This document shows, in pieces, positions 27,402 through 37,232 of a stretch of 64,000 bases of DNA. The notes beneath the pieces are model-generated. The model ran no database searches. It saw only the letters and a program-made list of their open reading frames with translations, and had not been told where the DNA came from. Origin of the DNA: a candidate division FCPU426 bacterium (GTDB lineage: Bacteria > Oederibacteriota > Muellerivitia > Muellerivitales > Muellerivitaceae); assembly GCA_963719085.1 (NCBI GenBank), contig CAVRAL010000001.1, forward strand, positions 896,001 through 960,000, in the 5' to 3' direction. The position numbers and the translations under genes were made by a program. Within the stretch, counting starts at the first letter, position 1. Every line of letters starts with the position of its first letter.

Positions 27402-30284
27402 CTACTTCGCGGGGGTGATCTCGATACAGGTGATGGAATAGGGCGGAAACTTATAGGCGAAACGGTTCCCCACCGTGGCGGAGGCTTTCAACCGCGAAGG
27501 CCCTTTGTCGATGACGGCCCGGTACAGGTTCTCGCTCCATTGGTACTCGTTCGAGCTCAACTGGTAAAAATCCAGTTTCGACTTCGACTTGGCCGACCCG
27601 CCCAGGTTCAGCTGGGTGTTGTAAGCCGTCGAGTTGCTCTTGTTGATCACCAAAAGATATTTTTTCCCGTTGCCCGTGCTGGCGTAAACCGCCAAGTCGT
27701 CCTGGTTGGAACGGGCTTGGAAGAGCGTCGTCCCAAAGTGATGCTCCATCATATTGATGGCCCAATAGTGGGCCCTCGGTTGGAAGGGTTCGGACGGATT
27801 GTTGTTGGGGTCGATCGCCCCGTGTCCCCCGCCCAATCCGGTCTTCTGGGTGTACAAGTCCCAAATATTGGTTTGGTTCACGCCCCAAACCATCATCTGG
27901 GCCAGGAAGTCGGCGGCGAAGATGCCGTTGACCAGCTTGGCCGTGGTGGGAGTCTCGTCCCCGGAGTTCCACTCCGTGACCGCGATTTCAATTTGATTGG
28001 CGCGGTCCGGGATATTTTTTTGAATCGACGCGCGGATTTTGGGGATGATTTGCGACCACAAGGCGGTCTTCGCCAACAAATTACCGTCGCTGTCGTTGGA
28101 CCAATAGGGATAGCTATGGACCGAGATCACATCCACATAGGGACCGCATTCCTCCAAGAACTTTTCCACCCACCAGGGTGAATCCGGCGAGGCCAGCCAG
28201 GGCGAGCCTTCCTTGCGCTCGCGGCTGTCCTCGTGGGCGATCGTCGGGCCCATCAATTTTAAATCCGGGTATTTGGCCCGGATGGCCTTGGCGAATTCCA
28301 AGTAATGTTTGCAATAGTTGTCGATGACCGTCCAATATTGGTTTTGGCCTTGGTAAATCAAATCCTGCGTATAGTCGGGCTCATTGCCCATCTCCACGTA
28401 TTTCAGCGGGATACCCCTGGACTTGATGTCCGCGATCCAATCCAAAGCGTCCTGCGGCGTGCCGGTCATCATATTGACCGTCAGCAAAACCTCTCCCCGG
28501 GGGACGGATTGCACGAACTCCGCCATCTTGGGCCAGTTGAAATCCCAAGTGGTGGAAACGGTCGCGCCGTCGTTGTTGTAGGTCTGGCCCGTGCGCCAAT
28601 TAAAAAGGTTGGCGAATCCCCCGCCCGGAAGGCGGAAATAGGAAAAGTCATCCTCGGTTTCCTTCAACCCTTTCGGATCGGTCATCCATTTCGGGTCATA
28701 CCAAGCCGCGATATTCACCCCGTATAGGTAGTGCGGGTTGAAGGAGCGGATTTTTTTATCAAAATAAATGTCGGCGACGGCGGGTTGCACCTTATAAGCG
28801 TTGGCCGAAAGCGTCACGTTCCAAACATTGGCTTGGCCCGCGTGCACCTTGACGGTTTCCTTGTCCGATTTGTAACCGGGCGCGAAAGCCTCCGCGACGT
28901 AGTCATCCTCCGGCAGGTCGGCTTTAAAGGAGCCGTCCGAACCCGGGGTAATGAGCTGTTTGGCGATGGCCACAATGGCGCCGGGGACGGGTTTACCGGC
29001 GGCGTCCAAAACACTGCCTTTCAACTGGGCGGCGGCGCCCTTTTCAATTCCCCGGACGTTGTCGATGATGATGGACCCGGCGATAGGACCGCCCGAATTA
29101 AAGACCAAAAACACCTTGGTCAGGCCGCCCTTGAACTGGGTGCCGTCCACCTCTTGTTTAATATGATTCCAACCCTCATGGACCGACATCTTGATTTGGT
29201 TCCAGTTATTGGCCGGGCTTTGGGTTACCAGATACACTTCCCCGTAAACAGCCTTCGCCAAACTGCCCTGGGGAAAATAAATATCCATGGTGATCGCCTT
29301 GAAATTTTCCCATTGGTTGGCCAAGGGTACGGTCGTGCAAACCGCCAGGGCCTGGTTCCAGCCCTGGGACCCGTCGGTGTCCACCCGCATAGAGCCGGTG
29401 CCTTCGGTGAGGGTCACGGTCTCGGCGCTGACCTTCCCCGTGAATCCGCCCATGTCGCCCCCGTTGAATCCCCAAATCAAATCACCCGAGGTCGAGGCCG
29501 AATTTTTTCCCGCCAAAGGATCCATTTCAGCCACCACGGCTCCCGGCATCGCGACCTTCGGCGAGGTGTTCACATAAACCGTCTGGCCCGCGAATTGGAG
29601 CGTGCCCCAGGTGGAAGGGTCCTGCCAGCTGGTGGAACTGCCCGACCAGGACATTTGAAGCGAACGGGTTTTGCCCATCGGGCCGCAGTCGTCCAAGTCC
29701 AGGTCAAAGCCGATGGACTTGCCGGGCCCCACGTTGATTTTGAAAAAATATTGGAGCGGAATCGAGGCTTCCAAAATATAACCGCCCGCCGTGGCCGTGG
29801 TGGCCACCTTGGCCCCCGGAATATCGGCCTTGTCCGTCATGCTGTAAACTTCGGCGCCGTCGCCGGCTTTGCCCGGGGAAATAATGACCTGGACATCAGT
29901 GGCCGAGTAGGACTTGCGGGCCGGATTGGAAATATCCGTTCCCACGTAAAGCTCCAAGGCGTCCCCGTTATAAATGTTGCTGGCGTTTTGGCTGTTGAAC
30001 TGGGGATTTTTGCTCGCGATGTCCGCCGCGATATATAAATTGGTTTTATCGTAGGTGATGTAGACCTTGCCGCTGAAAAAATCCGCGCCGGTCCAATCCG
30101 ATTGGCCGATCACCATCTGGGTTTTTTGGTCGAGCACAATGACGGGCTTGGCGGGCCAACCGGTCAGATCCCCGTTCAAGGAAGGCGGCGCGGCCGTATC
30201 CATGATGGAAACCGTGGCTTGGGCGTCCGCGAAAACCGGCGCCAATAAAATAGTCCAAAATAAGATCGTTTTCAGGAGATTCAT
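27402..30284 (-). CDS. Exported multidomain glycoside hydrolase: CBM9-like, CBM-like, carboxypeptidase-regulatory-like and clan GH-A catalytic domain (GH44/GH51/GH79-like)
   Basis: Signal peptide; YD..NLYIA...GDALELY...GYILEASIP (CBM9-like); FRLPGG, MGNEPD acid/base, SVHSYP, VTEWN nucleophile. Confidence 0.8.
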   Translation of the reverse strand: MNLLKTILFWTILLAPVFADAQATVSIMDTAAPPSLNGDLTGWPAKPVIVLDQKTQMVIGQSDWTGADFFSGKVYITYDKTNLYIAADIASKNPQFNSQNASNIYNGDALELYVGTDISNPARKSYSATDVQVIISPGKAGDGAEVYSMTDKADIPGAKVATTATAGGYILEASIPLQYFFKINVGPGKSIGFDLDLDDCGPMGKTRSLQMSWSGSSTSWQDPSTWGTLQFAGQTVYVNTSPKVAMPGAVVAEMDPLAGKNSASTSGDLIWGFNGGDMGGFTGKVSAETVTLTEGTGSMRVDTDGSQGWNQALAVCTTVPLANQWENFKAITMDIYFPQGSLAKAVYGEVYLVTQSPANNWNQIKMSVHEGWNHIKQEVDGTQFKGGLTKVFLVFNSGGPIAGSIIIDNVRGIEKGAAAQLKGSVLDAAGKPVPGAIVAIAKQLITPGSDGSFKADLPEDDYVAEAFAPGYKSDKETVKVHAGQANVWNVTLSANAYKVQPAVADIYFDKKIRSFNPHYLYGVNIAAWYDPKWMTDPKGLKETEDDFSYFRLPGGGFANLFNWRTGQTYNNDGATVSTTWDFNWPKMAEFVQSVPRGEVLLTVNMMTGTPQDALDWIADIKSRGIPLKYVEMGNEPDYTQDLIYQGQNQYWTVIDNYCKHYLEFAKAIRAKYPDLKLMGPTIAHEDSRERKEGSPWLASPDSPWWVEKFLEECGPYVDVISVHSYPYWSNDSDGNLLAKTALWSQIIPKIRASIQKNIPDRANQIEIAVTEWNSGDETPTTAKLVNGIFAADFLAQMMVWGVNQTNIWDLYTQKTGLGGGHGAIDPNNNPSEPFQPRAHYWAINMMEHHFGTTLFQARSNQDDLAVYASTGNGKKYLLVINKSNSTAYNTQLNLGGSAKSKSKLDFYQLSSNEYQWSENLYRAVIDKGPSRLKASATVGNRFAYKFPPYSITCIEITPAK

Positions 30285-30336
30285 CGAGTACGTCCCTTTC
30301 TTTGAAGCGGTTGAACGACACGACGCAAAAATAAAA

Positions 30337-30415
30337 TTTACAATGACGGACGCTGATAAACGCCGATAAATCCAACTTCATTCTTTTGATTCAACATCTG
30401 CGGAATCATTGTAAA
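30337..30415. repeat. Palindromic intergenic repeat, family A (short copy)
   Basis: TTTACAATGA...TCATTGTAAA ends with ACGCTGATAAACGCCGAT core, as at 33459 and 39351-39714. Confidence 0.7.
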
Positions 30416-30426
30416 TGACGTTTTCT

Positions 30427-31464
30427 TTATTTACGGTTTTCAGCTTCCTTCAAATAGAAACCGCAGCTTTCCCGCACGACCAGCTTGGTGGGGAAAAACC
30501 GGTGGGAATAATCCAGCGGTCTTTTTTCAATCTGGTTCCAAAGCATCTTGGCGGCTTCATAACCCATGTCGTAAATCGGCTGATGGACCGTGGTCAGGGT
30601 CGAATCCAAAGGAATGTCGTCGAAACCGATGACCGCCACATTCTGGGGCACTTTGATGCCGTTCTTCCGAAGCTGTTTGATGGCCCCCATCGCCATCACG
30701 TCGTTGGAGGACAAAATCGCCGTGGGCGGTTGTTTGACTTTCCAAAAATGCTCCACGGCCTTCATGCCCGATTCCTCGGTCCAAGGACCGGAGAAAACAA
30801 GGTCATCCGAATAAGGGAGATTTTTCTTTTTCATCACATACTTAAAAGCGTTGTAACGATCGAGCGTATTCTTGGAAAACTCAATGTCGCCCGAGATAAA
30901 ACCGATGCGCTTGTGGCCTAAGGCGATCAGGTGGTCCACTGCGTCAATGATGCCCTGGGTATTCAAGCAATCCACGAAACAAACCTGGGGATCATTCACT
31001 TGGTAGTTGATCAAGACATAAGGAAGGGATCCTTGCTTCAAGTCTTGGAAAAAGCGGGATTCCACGGGCGGCGCGATGGCCAGAATTCCGTCCACCAATC
31101 CGGAATTGACGAAATTGGCGTAAACCCCCGAGTCCCCCATTTCCCGGCTGAAGGTGTTCATCAGGATGTTGTATTTTTTTTCGCTTAAAAAGTTGATGAT
31201 GCCGTCCAGCACCCGGGTCAAATAGAAGTCACTGAGGGTCGGCCGGTCATACCAAAAGAAAACCACGCCCACATTATAGGTTTTGCGGGTCTTGAGGCCC
31301 CGGGCCATGGTGTTGGGGTAATAGCCCAGTTCCTTCAGGATCTTCTCGATGCGCTGTTGGGTCTTCGCGCCTACTTTATGAATGTCCTTTTGGTTGACCA
31401 CACGGGAAACCGTCGCCACGGAGACCCCGGCTTTCAGGGCCACATCCTTGATCGTAATCGCCAT
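30427..31464 (-). CDS. LacI family transcriptional regulator
   Basis: TIKDVALKAGVSVATVSRV HTH, YYPNTMARGL hinge, VIGFDD, VRESC. Confidence 0.96.
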   Translation of the reverse strand: MAITIKDVALKAGVSVATVSRVVNQKDIHKVGAKTQQRIEKILKELGYYPNTMARGLKTRKTYNVGVVFFWYDRPTLSDFYLTRVLDGIINFLSEKKYNILMNTFSREMGDSGVYANFVNSGLVDGILAIAPPVESRFFQDLKQGSLPYVLINYQVNDPQVCFVDCLNTQGIIDAVDHLIALGHKRIGFISGDIEFSKNTLDRYNAFKYVMKKKNLPYSDDLVFSGPWTEESGMKAVEHFWKVKQPPTAILSSNDVMAMGAIKQLRKNGIKVPQNVAVIGFDDIPLDSTLTTVHQPIYDMGYEAAKMLWNQIEKRPLDYSHRFFPTKLVVRESCGFYLKEAENRK

Positions 31465-31535
31465 GGATACCTCGGTTCGCTTTTATAGGACTCACGGATT
31501 ACACAACGCCGCTCCGGTCTTTTGTCCGGGCTCGA

Positions 31536-32081
31536 TCAGGACTTCGGCTTCTCCAAGGTCACCTTGGTCATCTTATCGCCTTGGCGCAGTTTCAACACAA
31601 TGTCCATGCCCTTCAAAACCTTGCCAAAAACCGTGTAGCTTCCGTCCAAATTGTGGGCCGCGTCCAGGCAGATATAAAACTGGCTGGAGGCCGAATTGGG
31701 ATCGGCGCTGCGGGCCATGCCCAAGGCGCCCGCGTCGTGCTGGTGGCCGGTGATCTCCAGCGGAATCGTCTTGCCCGATCCGCCGCCGCCGGTTCCCGTC
31801 GGGTCCCCGCCCTGGATGACAAACCCCGCCACGTAGCGGTGGAAGGTCAATCCGTCATAAAATCCCGAGGAAACCAGATCCACAAAGTTTTTCGTGGTGG
31901 TCGGCACATCGCCGAAAAGTTCCACGGTAAAATCACCCTGGGTCGTTTTGAAATCAATGATTGGATTCACGACCGCCGAAGCCGAACCGTCTGAAGAAGT
32001 ATTTTTCGCCACGCTGTCCCCTTTCGCGCAACCCGCCAATAGAAAAACACAAACCATCGCCACATGAATTTGTCGAAGCAT
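31536..32081 (-). CDS. Cyclophilin-type peptidyl-prolyl isomerase, lipoprotein
   Basis: Lipobox [41 protein letters not shown]. Start at ATG 32081 (AAGGAG SD). Confidence 0.95.
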   Translation of the reverse strand: MLRQIHVAMVCVFLLAGCAKGDSVAKNTSSDGSASAVVNPIIDFKTTQGDFTVELFGDVPTTTKNFVDLVSSGFYDGLTFHRYVAGFVIQGGDPTGTGGGGSGKTIPLEITGHQHDAGALGMARSADPNSASSQFYICLDAAHNLDGSYTVFGKVLKGMDIVLKLRQGDKMTKVTLEKPKS

Positions 32082-32192
32082 CTGTTTCTCCTTGTTTCTT
32101 TCGGGTTTTATGATAAACGCTCCCCGGAAGATCGTCAAAAAATTTAAGCGATTTAAAACGGGGAACGGCCTCCCAACCCGCCCGTTCCTTTC

Positions 32193-32221
32193 TTGACTTC
32201 CCCGTTTCCCTCCTCTAGAAT
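32193..32221 (+). promoter_or_regulatory. sigma70-type promoter of tRNA-Glu(-argC)
   Basis: TTGACT-17 nt-TAGAAT. Confidence 0.75.
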
Positions 32222-32262
32222 CTGCTCTCTTTTGAACAGCTATTGCTTCAAAAACAACATCC

Positions 32263-32338
32263 GACCCCATCGTCTAGAGGCCTAGGACACCTGGTTTTCA
32301 TCCAGGCAACACGGGTTCGAATCCCGTTGGGGTCACCA
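32263..32338 (+). tRNA. tRNA-Glu(TTC)
   Basis: GACCCCATCGTCTAGAGG...CCTGG-TTTTCAT-CCAGG...GGTTCGAATCC...GGGGTCACCA. Confidence 0.97.
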
Positions 32339-32375
32339 TTTTTACTTCCTTTCACCGCACCCTTGGAGTCCCAAA

Positions 32376-33431
32376 ATGATAAAAGTTGGCATTTACGGAG
32401 CCACCGGTTACATGGGCGGAGAAGCTTTACGGGTCTTGCTGGAGCATCCCGGGGCGCAGGTTTCCTGGATTACCAGCCGCTCGGAAGCCGAACTCGCCGA
32501 TTATCACCCCAATCTTTATGACGCCGCCCTCCGCTTTATCCGGCCGGAAAATATAACCCCTTGCGACGTGGTTTTTATGGCCGTACCCTCGGGCGTTTCC
32601 ATGGAAGTGGCGCCCAAACTGCTCAAACAAGGCATGAAAGTCATCGACCTGGGATCGGACTTCCGGTTGGGCGACCGCGCGGTTTGGGAAAAAGTTTATA
32701 AAAGAAAACACACCAGCTGGCCCCAGGCCCAAAAAGCCGTCTACGGCATCACCGAACTCCATCGGGAAGAGATTAAAAAGACCCAATTGGTCGCCAACCC
32801 GGGCTGCTTCGCTTCCGCCGCCATTTTGGGGCTCGCGCCGCTGGTGGAAAACCAGCTGATCGACCTTTCCAAAATCACCGTGGACGGCCTTTCGGGAACC
32901 GCCGGCGTGGGTTCCGAACTTTCCCGGCCGGCCCATCACGCTGAAATCGGCAACAACTTGATCCCCTACAACGTGGTCAACCACCGGCACACCTATGAAG
33001 TGGAGCAGGAGTTGACCCGGTTGGTGAAAAAGAAGGTCAGCGTCCATTTCACCCCGATCTACGTCCCCATCATCCGGGGGGTCCTGGATATCTGCCATGT
33101 TTTCCCCAAGCGTAAAATCACCCGTAAAGCCCTGTTGAAGCTTTATCAGGAATACTACGAGGGCGAGTTCTTCGTGAAAATTTACGACCTTCCCCATGAA
33201 AAAGGCGTTTCGTGGCAATACAAGCCTTACCCTTGGGTGAACAGCGTTTCCGGCACCAATTACAACTTGATTGGAATGGACGTGGATGAGGAACGGGGAC
33301 GGATCGTCATTTTCAGCGCCTTGGACAGCATCGGCAAGGGCGGCGCCCACGCCGGGGTCCAGAATATGAACCTGATGTTCGGCCTGGATGAAATGACCGG
33401 CCTGACCCGTTACGGCCTTCATCCTATTTGA
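32376..33431 (+). CDS. argC: N-acetyl-gamma-glutamyl-phosphate reductase family (ArgC/LysY)
   Basis: GATGYMG, DLGSDFR, VANPGC catalytic Cys, HRH..E..Q, QNMNLMFG. Confidence 0.88.
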   Translation: MIKVGIYGATGYMGGEALRVLLEHPGAQVSWITSRSEAELADYHPNLYDAALRFIRPENITPCDVVFMAVPSGVSMEVAPKLLKQGMKVIDLGSDFRLGDRAVWEKVYKRKHTSWPQAQKAVYGITELHREEIKKTQLVANPGCFASAAILGLAPLVENQLIDLSKITVDGLSGTAGVGSELSRPAHHAEIGNNLIPYNVVNHRHTYEVEQELTRLVKKKVSVHFTPIYVPIIRGVLDICHVFPKRKITRKALLKLYQEYYEGEFFVKIYDLPHEKGVSWQYKPYPWVNSVSGTNYNLIGMDVDEERGRIVIFSALDSIGKGGAHAGVQNMNLMFGLDEMTGLTRYGLHPI

Positions 33432-33458
33432 TTTCAACCGAAAGCAAACCCATACATT

Positions 33459-33628
33459 CGCAATGATCAAAGCGGATGAACGCCGATTTTAATAATTGAA
33501 AATTAAAAAGGATTTAGTTCTCATCGGCGTTTATCGGCGTCCGCGCCGCTTCTCCATATAATGGTTAGCGAAGAGCGGCATTGTCCTGGGAACCTTTGTC
33601 TTCAATACGGGATCCCGGGACATCAGCG
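33459..33628. repeat. Palindromic intergenic repeat, family A, with 79-bp double-hairpin insert
   Basis: Inverted homolog of 39527-39692; lies between convergent genes. Confidence 0.8.
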
Positions 33629-33649
33629 CTAATGGACTAAGCCTTTCGG

Positions 33650-34033
33650 TCAGCTTTCGCCCCAGTCGATCTTATCCAAGATCGCCCAAACCGATTCGGG
33701 ATCCTGTTCCACCGGCACCCGGTAAAGGGCCGCCCCATTGCAAGGGCCGCTTTCGCACTCCCCGGTTTCAGGCCGGTAAATCGCCCCATGGCTTTTGCAA
33801 ACCACCCAAGCGCCGTCCTCGGATAAAAAATCATTATCGTCATAATCCAAGCCCACCATCCAATGCCGGCACAGGTTTAAATAAGCGTAAAACTCCCCGC
33901 CTTTTCGGATGAGAAAAGCCTCGGTGACCCGGTCGGCGCGGCGGATTTTAAATTTTTTGGTTTGGCCGTCTTTCAGCTCATCGATCCGGGCGATTTTGAC
34001 CCGGCGGGGGCCCGCCTTCTCTTTTTTAGGCAT
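33650..34033 (-). CDS. Rieske-type [2Fe-2S] ferredoxin
   Basis: NLCRH (C-x-H) and CKSHGA (C-x2-H) ligands, GPC. Confidence 0.9.
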   Translation of the reverse strand: MPKKEKAGPRRVKIARIDELKDGQTKKFKIRRADRVTEAFLIRKGGEFYAYLNLCRHWMVGLDYDDNDFLSEDGAWVVCKSHGAIYRPETGECESGPCNGAALYRVPVEQDPESVWAILDKIDWGES

Positions 34034-35606
34034 GGGGTTCTTCCTTTTTCCGCGGCAAGATCGACAGGACCATCAACAGAATCCCCGAAAGGAAAAGGCA
34101 AAAAAACGCGAACCAGTGCCCCCATTTAAAATAAAAAGTCGGTCCCGCCGCGGTTAAAACCGGTTCGGTCAAAAGGGCTTCCTGATAAAGCGGGGTCTGG
34201 CCCAAAAGGCGGCCCAAAGGATCGGTCGCCAGTGAAATTCCCGTGTTGGCGCAGCGGAAGAGCGGTTTGCGTTCTTCCGCCGCCCGGACCACGGCCATCA
34301 TGGCGTGTTGATAGGCGCAGGCCGTGCGGCCATACCAGGCGTCGTTGCTGATGTTGACCAAAACATCCGCCCCCGTATCCAGCGCCGCCCGCCGGATGTC
34401 CCCGGGAAAAATGGCCTCGTAGCAGATCACCGGAGTGAACGAGAAGCGCTCGGTCTCAAAATGGGAATAAGCCGGACCGGGTTGAAAACTCCCCAAATCG
34501 CTCACGACCGGCCCCAAGAAAAATAAATATTTTTGGAACGGCACATACTCGCCGAACGGGACCAAGTGGCGCTTGCGGTAGATTCCCAGGGGCTTCCCGG
34601 CGGCGCCGAAATAAACGGCCGCGTTGTAATCCGCCTCCCCCGCTTTGCCCGTCCGAAGCAAATCCAGGCAGCCCACCAAAATCGGCGTCTTGGCTTGGCG
34701 GACGATTCCCGAAACCGTCGCCAAGTCACCCGGCGTCCAGAGTAAAAAAGAAGGCGCCGCGGTCTCCGGCCACAGGATCAGATCCGGCTTCTCCCGCGCC
34801 GCCGCGTCGGTCCCCCGCGCCAAACGGCGGTAGGTGTCCTCGGCGTAAGTCCGGTTCCATTTGACCGACTGGTCGATATTGGGCTGGACGATCGCCACGT
34901 TTCCCGCCGCCGTCAGCGCGGCGCGATGAACTTCAAAGCCCCCCACCATCCCCAAAAGCGCGGTCAAAACCGCGGGAAACACAAAATATTTTAAGACGAC
35001 GGCGCGAGAGCCTACGGAAGCGCCCTCCCACCATAATAAATAAAGTCCCCGGGCCCCCAAACTGCCCGCCCCCACAATCAAAAAGGTAAGGCCTTCCACG
35101 CCCAAAAATGAGGTCCAAAATAAGAATGAGGGATAAGGCGCGCAAGCGTAGCCGATTTGATCCCAGGGGAAACCCCCAAAAAACCAATTGGCCCGGATGG
35201 TCTCCAATCCCACCCAAAGGACGGGGACGCCCAGCTCAAAGAGCCACGAGGAGCGCAGGCGGGCGCGGGCCCAGGAAAAAAGGAAACCAAAAACCAGAAA
35301 AAAAAGACTGAGGCCAAAGACCAGGGCGGCCCAAGCCGGAAAGCTCAAATATTGGGCCTCGCGCAAAAGCGCGATCCAGTAGAGGATCCCCCCAAATTGG
35401 ACCAGACCGAAGACCCAGCCCAAAAGGGCTCCCCGCTTTAAATCCGCTTGTTGGAGGGCGAGAAAAAAAGGAACCAACGCGACCCACACCAAGGGCGCGC
35501 CCCAGGGAGTCAAACTTTTATCCAGGAAATTGGGGAAAGAAAAGACGACCAGCCATCCGCTCAAAACACAAAGCGCCAAGGAGCCTTTGAGCGAAAATGG
35601 TTTCAT
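34026..35606 (-). CDS. lnt: Apolipoprotein N-acyltransferase
   Basis: TM-rich N-terminus, GGFPW, VQPNI, WPETA, K.HLVPFGEYVP, ICYE, SNDAW, ANTGIS. Confidence 0.97.
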   Translation of the reverse strand: MKPFSLKGSLALCVLSGWLVVFSFPNFLDKSLTPWGAPLVWVALVPFFLALQQADLKRGALLGWVFGLVQFGGILYWIALLREAQYLSFPAWAALVFGLSLFFLVFGFLFSWARARLRSSWLFELGVPVLWVGLETIRANWFFGGFPWDQIGYACAPYPSFLFWTSFLGVEGLTFLIVGAGSLGARGLYLLWWEGASVGSRAVVLKYFVFPAVLTALLGMVGGFEVHRAALTAAGNVAIVQPNIDQSVKWNRTYAEDTYRRLARGTDAAAREKPDLILWPETAAPSFLLWTPGDLATVSGIVRQAKTPILVGCLDLLRTGKAGEADYNAAVYFGAAGKPLGIYRKRHLVPFGEYVPFQKYLFFLGPVVSDLGSFQPGPAYSHFETERFSFTPVICYEAIFPGDIRRAALDTGADVLVNISNDAWYGRTACAYQHAMMAVVRAAEERKPLFRCANTGISLATDPLGRLLGQTPLYQEALLTEPVLTAAGPTFYFKWGHWFAFFCLFLSGILLMVLSILPRKKEEPHA

Positions 35607-35627
35607 GAAATCACTTAAAAAGCGGGT

Positions 35628-36689
35628 TTATTTTTTGCGGGGTTTGGCGGTCGACTCGCGGATGATCAAATCCACGTCAAAAGCCCGGTGCAGGTACTCG
35701 ATCGGGGTCCCGTTCAAGATCGAATGCGCGATATTGACGGAGGCTTTCCCCATCTCTAAAAGCGGCTGATGCAGGGTCGTCAAGGAAGGATCGGCGAGCC
35801 GGGCCACGTAGGTATCGTCAAAACCGATGATCGAGATATCTTCCGGAACTGATTTTCCCTTGTGGCGGGCCGCCTTGATCACGCCGATCGCCATCGTGTC
35901 GGACACGCAGCAAATCGTGGTCAGATCGGGGTTCTTGTCCAACAGCTCCTTGCCCAATTGGTAGCCCGCGTCCAAGGTGAAAGGATCGGGCCGGAAATGG
36001 GAATAAACCACGTTTTGTTCTTGAAAAGGAATGCCGTGGTCGCGTAAGGCGTCCCGGTAGCCGGACAGCCGGTCCTGGCAGATCTTTAAATGCTCCGGGC
36101 CGTTCACGAACCCGATGCGTTTATGATCCAGGGAAATCAGGTAAGCCACCGCCTTATAAATGCCTTTGCGGTCCTCGGCGTGGAGGGTCGGGATTTTTTC
36201 CAAGATATGGTTCGGGCCTTCCATAGCCACCGGCTGCAAAATAATCAAGGGCAGCTCTTCTTTTTGGAATCGTTCCAGAACCGCGTCTTCCATGGGAACG
36301 GACAAGGCGATGACGGCGTCGATGCGGCGTTCGCCCAAAATGCGGTCATAAATATCGTTGAATTCCTCCAAGCTTCCGTTGCAATTATAAATTTTCAAAT
36401 CCACATTGGCGTGACGGCATTCCATCTCAATGCCGCGGATGATTTCGTTGTAATAAGGGGAATCAAACATCGTCCCGAAAATACCGATGGTGTTGGTCCG
36501 GGACATCACCAAACTGCGGGCCGCGACATTGGGATAATAGTTGAATTTTTTGATCGCCTCTAAAACCTTTTCACGGGTTTCAGCGGAGATCCGGGGATTT
36601 TGGTTGATCACCATGGACACCGTGGTGTGGGAAACACCGCAGTATTTGGCGATTTGTTTTAAGGTCGCGCGGGACCGGCTATGGAGCAT
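35628..36689 (-). CDS. LacI family transcriptional regulator
   Basis: TLKQIAKYCGVSHTTVSMV HTH, YYPNVAARSL, IIGFDD, IIREST. Confidence 0.96.
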   Translation of the reverse strand: MLHSRSRATLKQIAKYCGVSHTTVSMVINQNPRISAETREKVLEAIKKFNYYPNVAARSLVMSRTNTIGIFGTMFDSPYYNEIIRGIEMECRHANVDLKIYNCNGSLEEFNDIYDRILGERRIDAVIALSVPMEDAVLERFQKEELPLIILQPVAMEGPNHILEKIPTLHAEDRKGIYKAVAYLISLDHKRIGFVNGPEHLKICQDRLSGYRDALRDHGIPFQEQNVVYSHFRPDPFTLDAGYQLGKELLDKNPDLTTICCVSDTMAIGVIKAARHKGKSVPEDISIIGFDDTYVARLADPSLTTLHQPLLEMGKASVNIAHSILNGTPIEYLHRAFDVDLIIRESTAKPRKK

Positions 36690-36702
36690 GATATCGTTTT
36701 AA
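36689..36702. promoter_or_regulatory. Candidate LacI operator at the lacI start codon (autoregulation)
   Basis: TGATATCGTTTTAA touching the ATG. Confidence 0.45.
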
Positions 36703-36723
36703 ATACCTCGTTAAAAAAACTGC

Positions 36724-37089
36724 TTAGGGTTTTTGGGGCGCCGTCGTAGCCGGAACCGTGTTGGCGGAAGAAGCCGCCGCGGGCTGTGAACCCTGCGCCG
36801 CCTGGGCCGCTTGCTGCTGTTGGACGATGGTGTCGGCCACCGAACTGGTCTGATTCTCGAACCGGGGGAAAACCGACAGACCCAGGCACAACAACATAAA
36901 GAGAGCGGCTAAAATGGTTGTGAACTTGGTCCAAAAGGTTTTTCCGCTGGTTCCCAAAAGGCTTTGGCCCGTTCCGGCGAAAAGTCCCCCGCCGGCGCTT
37001 TTCGGCTGCTGGATCAGGATGACCCCGATCAAAAGAAAGGCGGTAAAAACAAACAAGGTCATAATAAAGGTGTACATGATTCTCTCCAA
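36724..37089 (-). CDS. secG: Preprotein translocase subunit SecG
   Basis: Two TMs, ILIQQPK.GGGLF.G, TKFT..LA; follows tpiA. Start may be 37077. Confidence 0.92.
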   Translation of the reverse strand: MERIMYTFIMTLFVFTAFLLIGVILIQQPKSAGGGLFAGTGQSLLGTSGKTFWTKFTTILAALFMLLCLGLSVFPRFENQTSSVADTIVQQQQAAQAAQGSQPAAASSANTVPATTAPQKP

Positions 37090-37232
37090 AAAAGGTTCCG
37101 GGTTTAATCAAACCCGGGTGTCTAGGTTTCCGGCGAAACCAAACCGAAGCCGTCAGGCGGATTTAAACCGGAGGGTTATTTTAAATTAAACCGGGCGGAA
37201 AGTGCCAAAAAAATTGGGTTTAAAGCGCCAAG

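Noticed and set aside
31536..32081. PPIase lipoprotein as the SprA-bound PPI subunit
   Set aside because: It is cyclophilin-type, whereas I recall the Flavobacterium SprA partner as FKBP-type; it also lies about 15 kb away with no linkage evidence
32427..33470. 347-aa antisense ORF over argC
   Set aside because: Mirror-frame shadow of a GC3-biased gene; no recognisable motifs
37192..37207. TGGCAC upstream of secG as a sigma54 promoter
   Set aside because: The GC dinucleotide is not at the required -12 spacing
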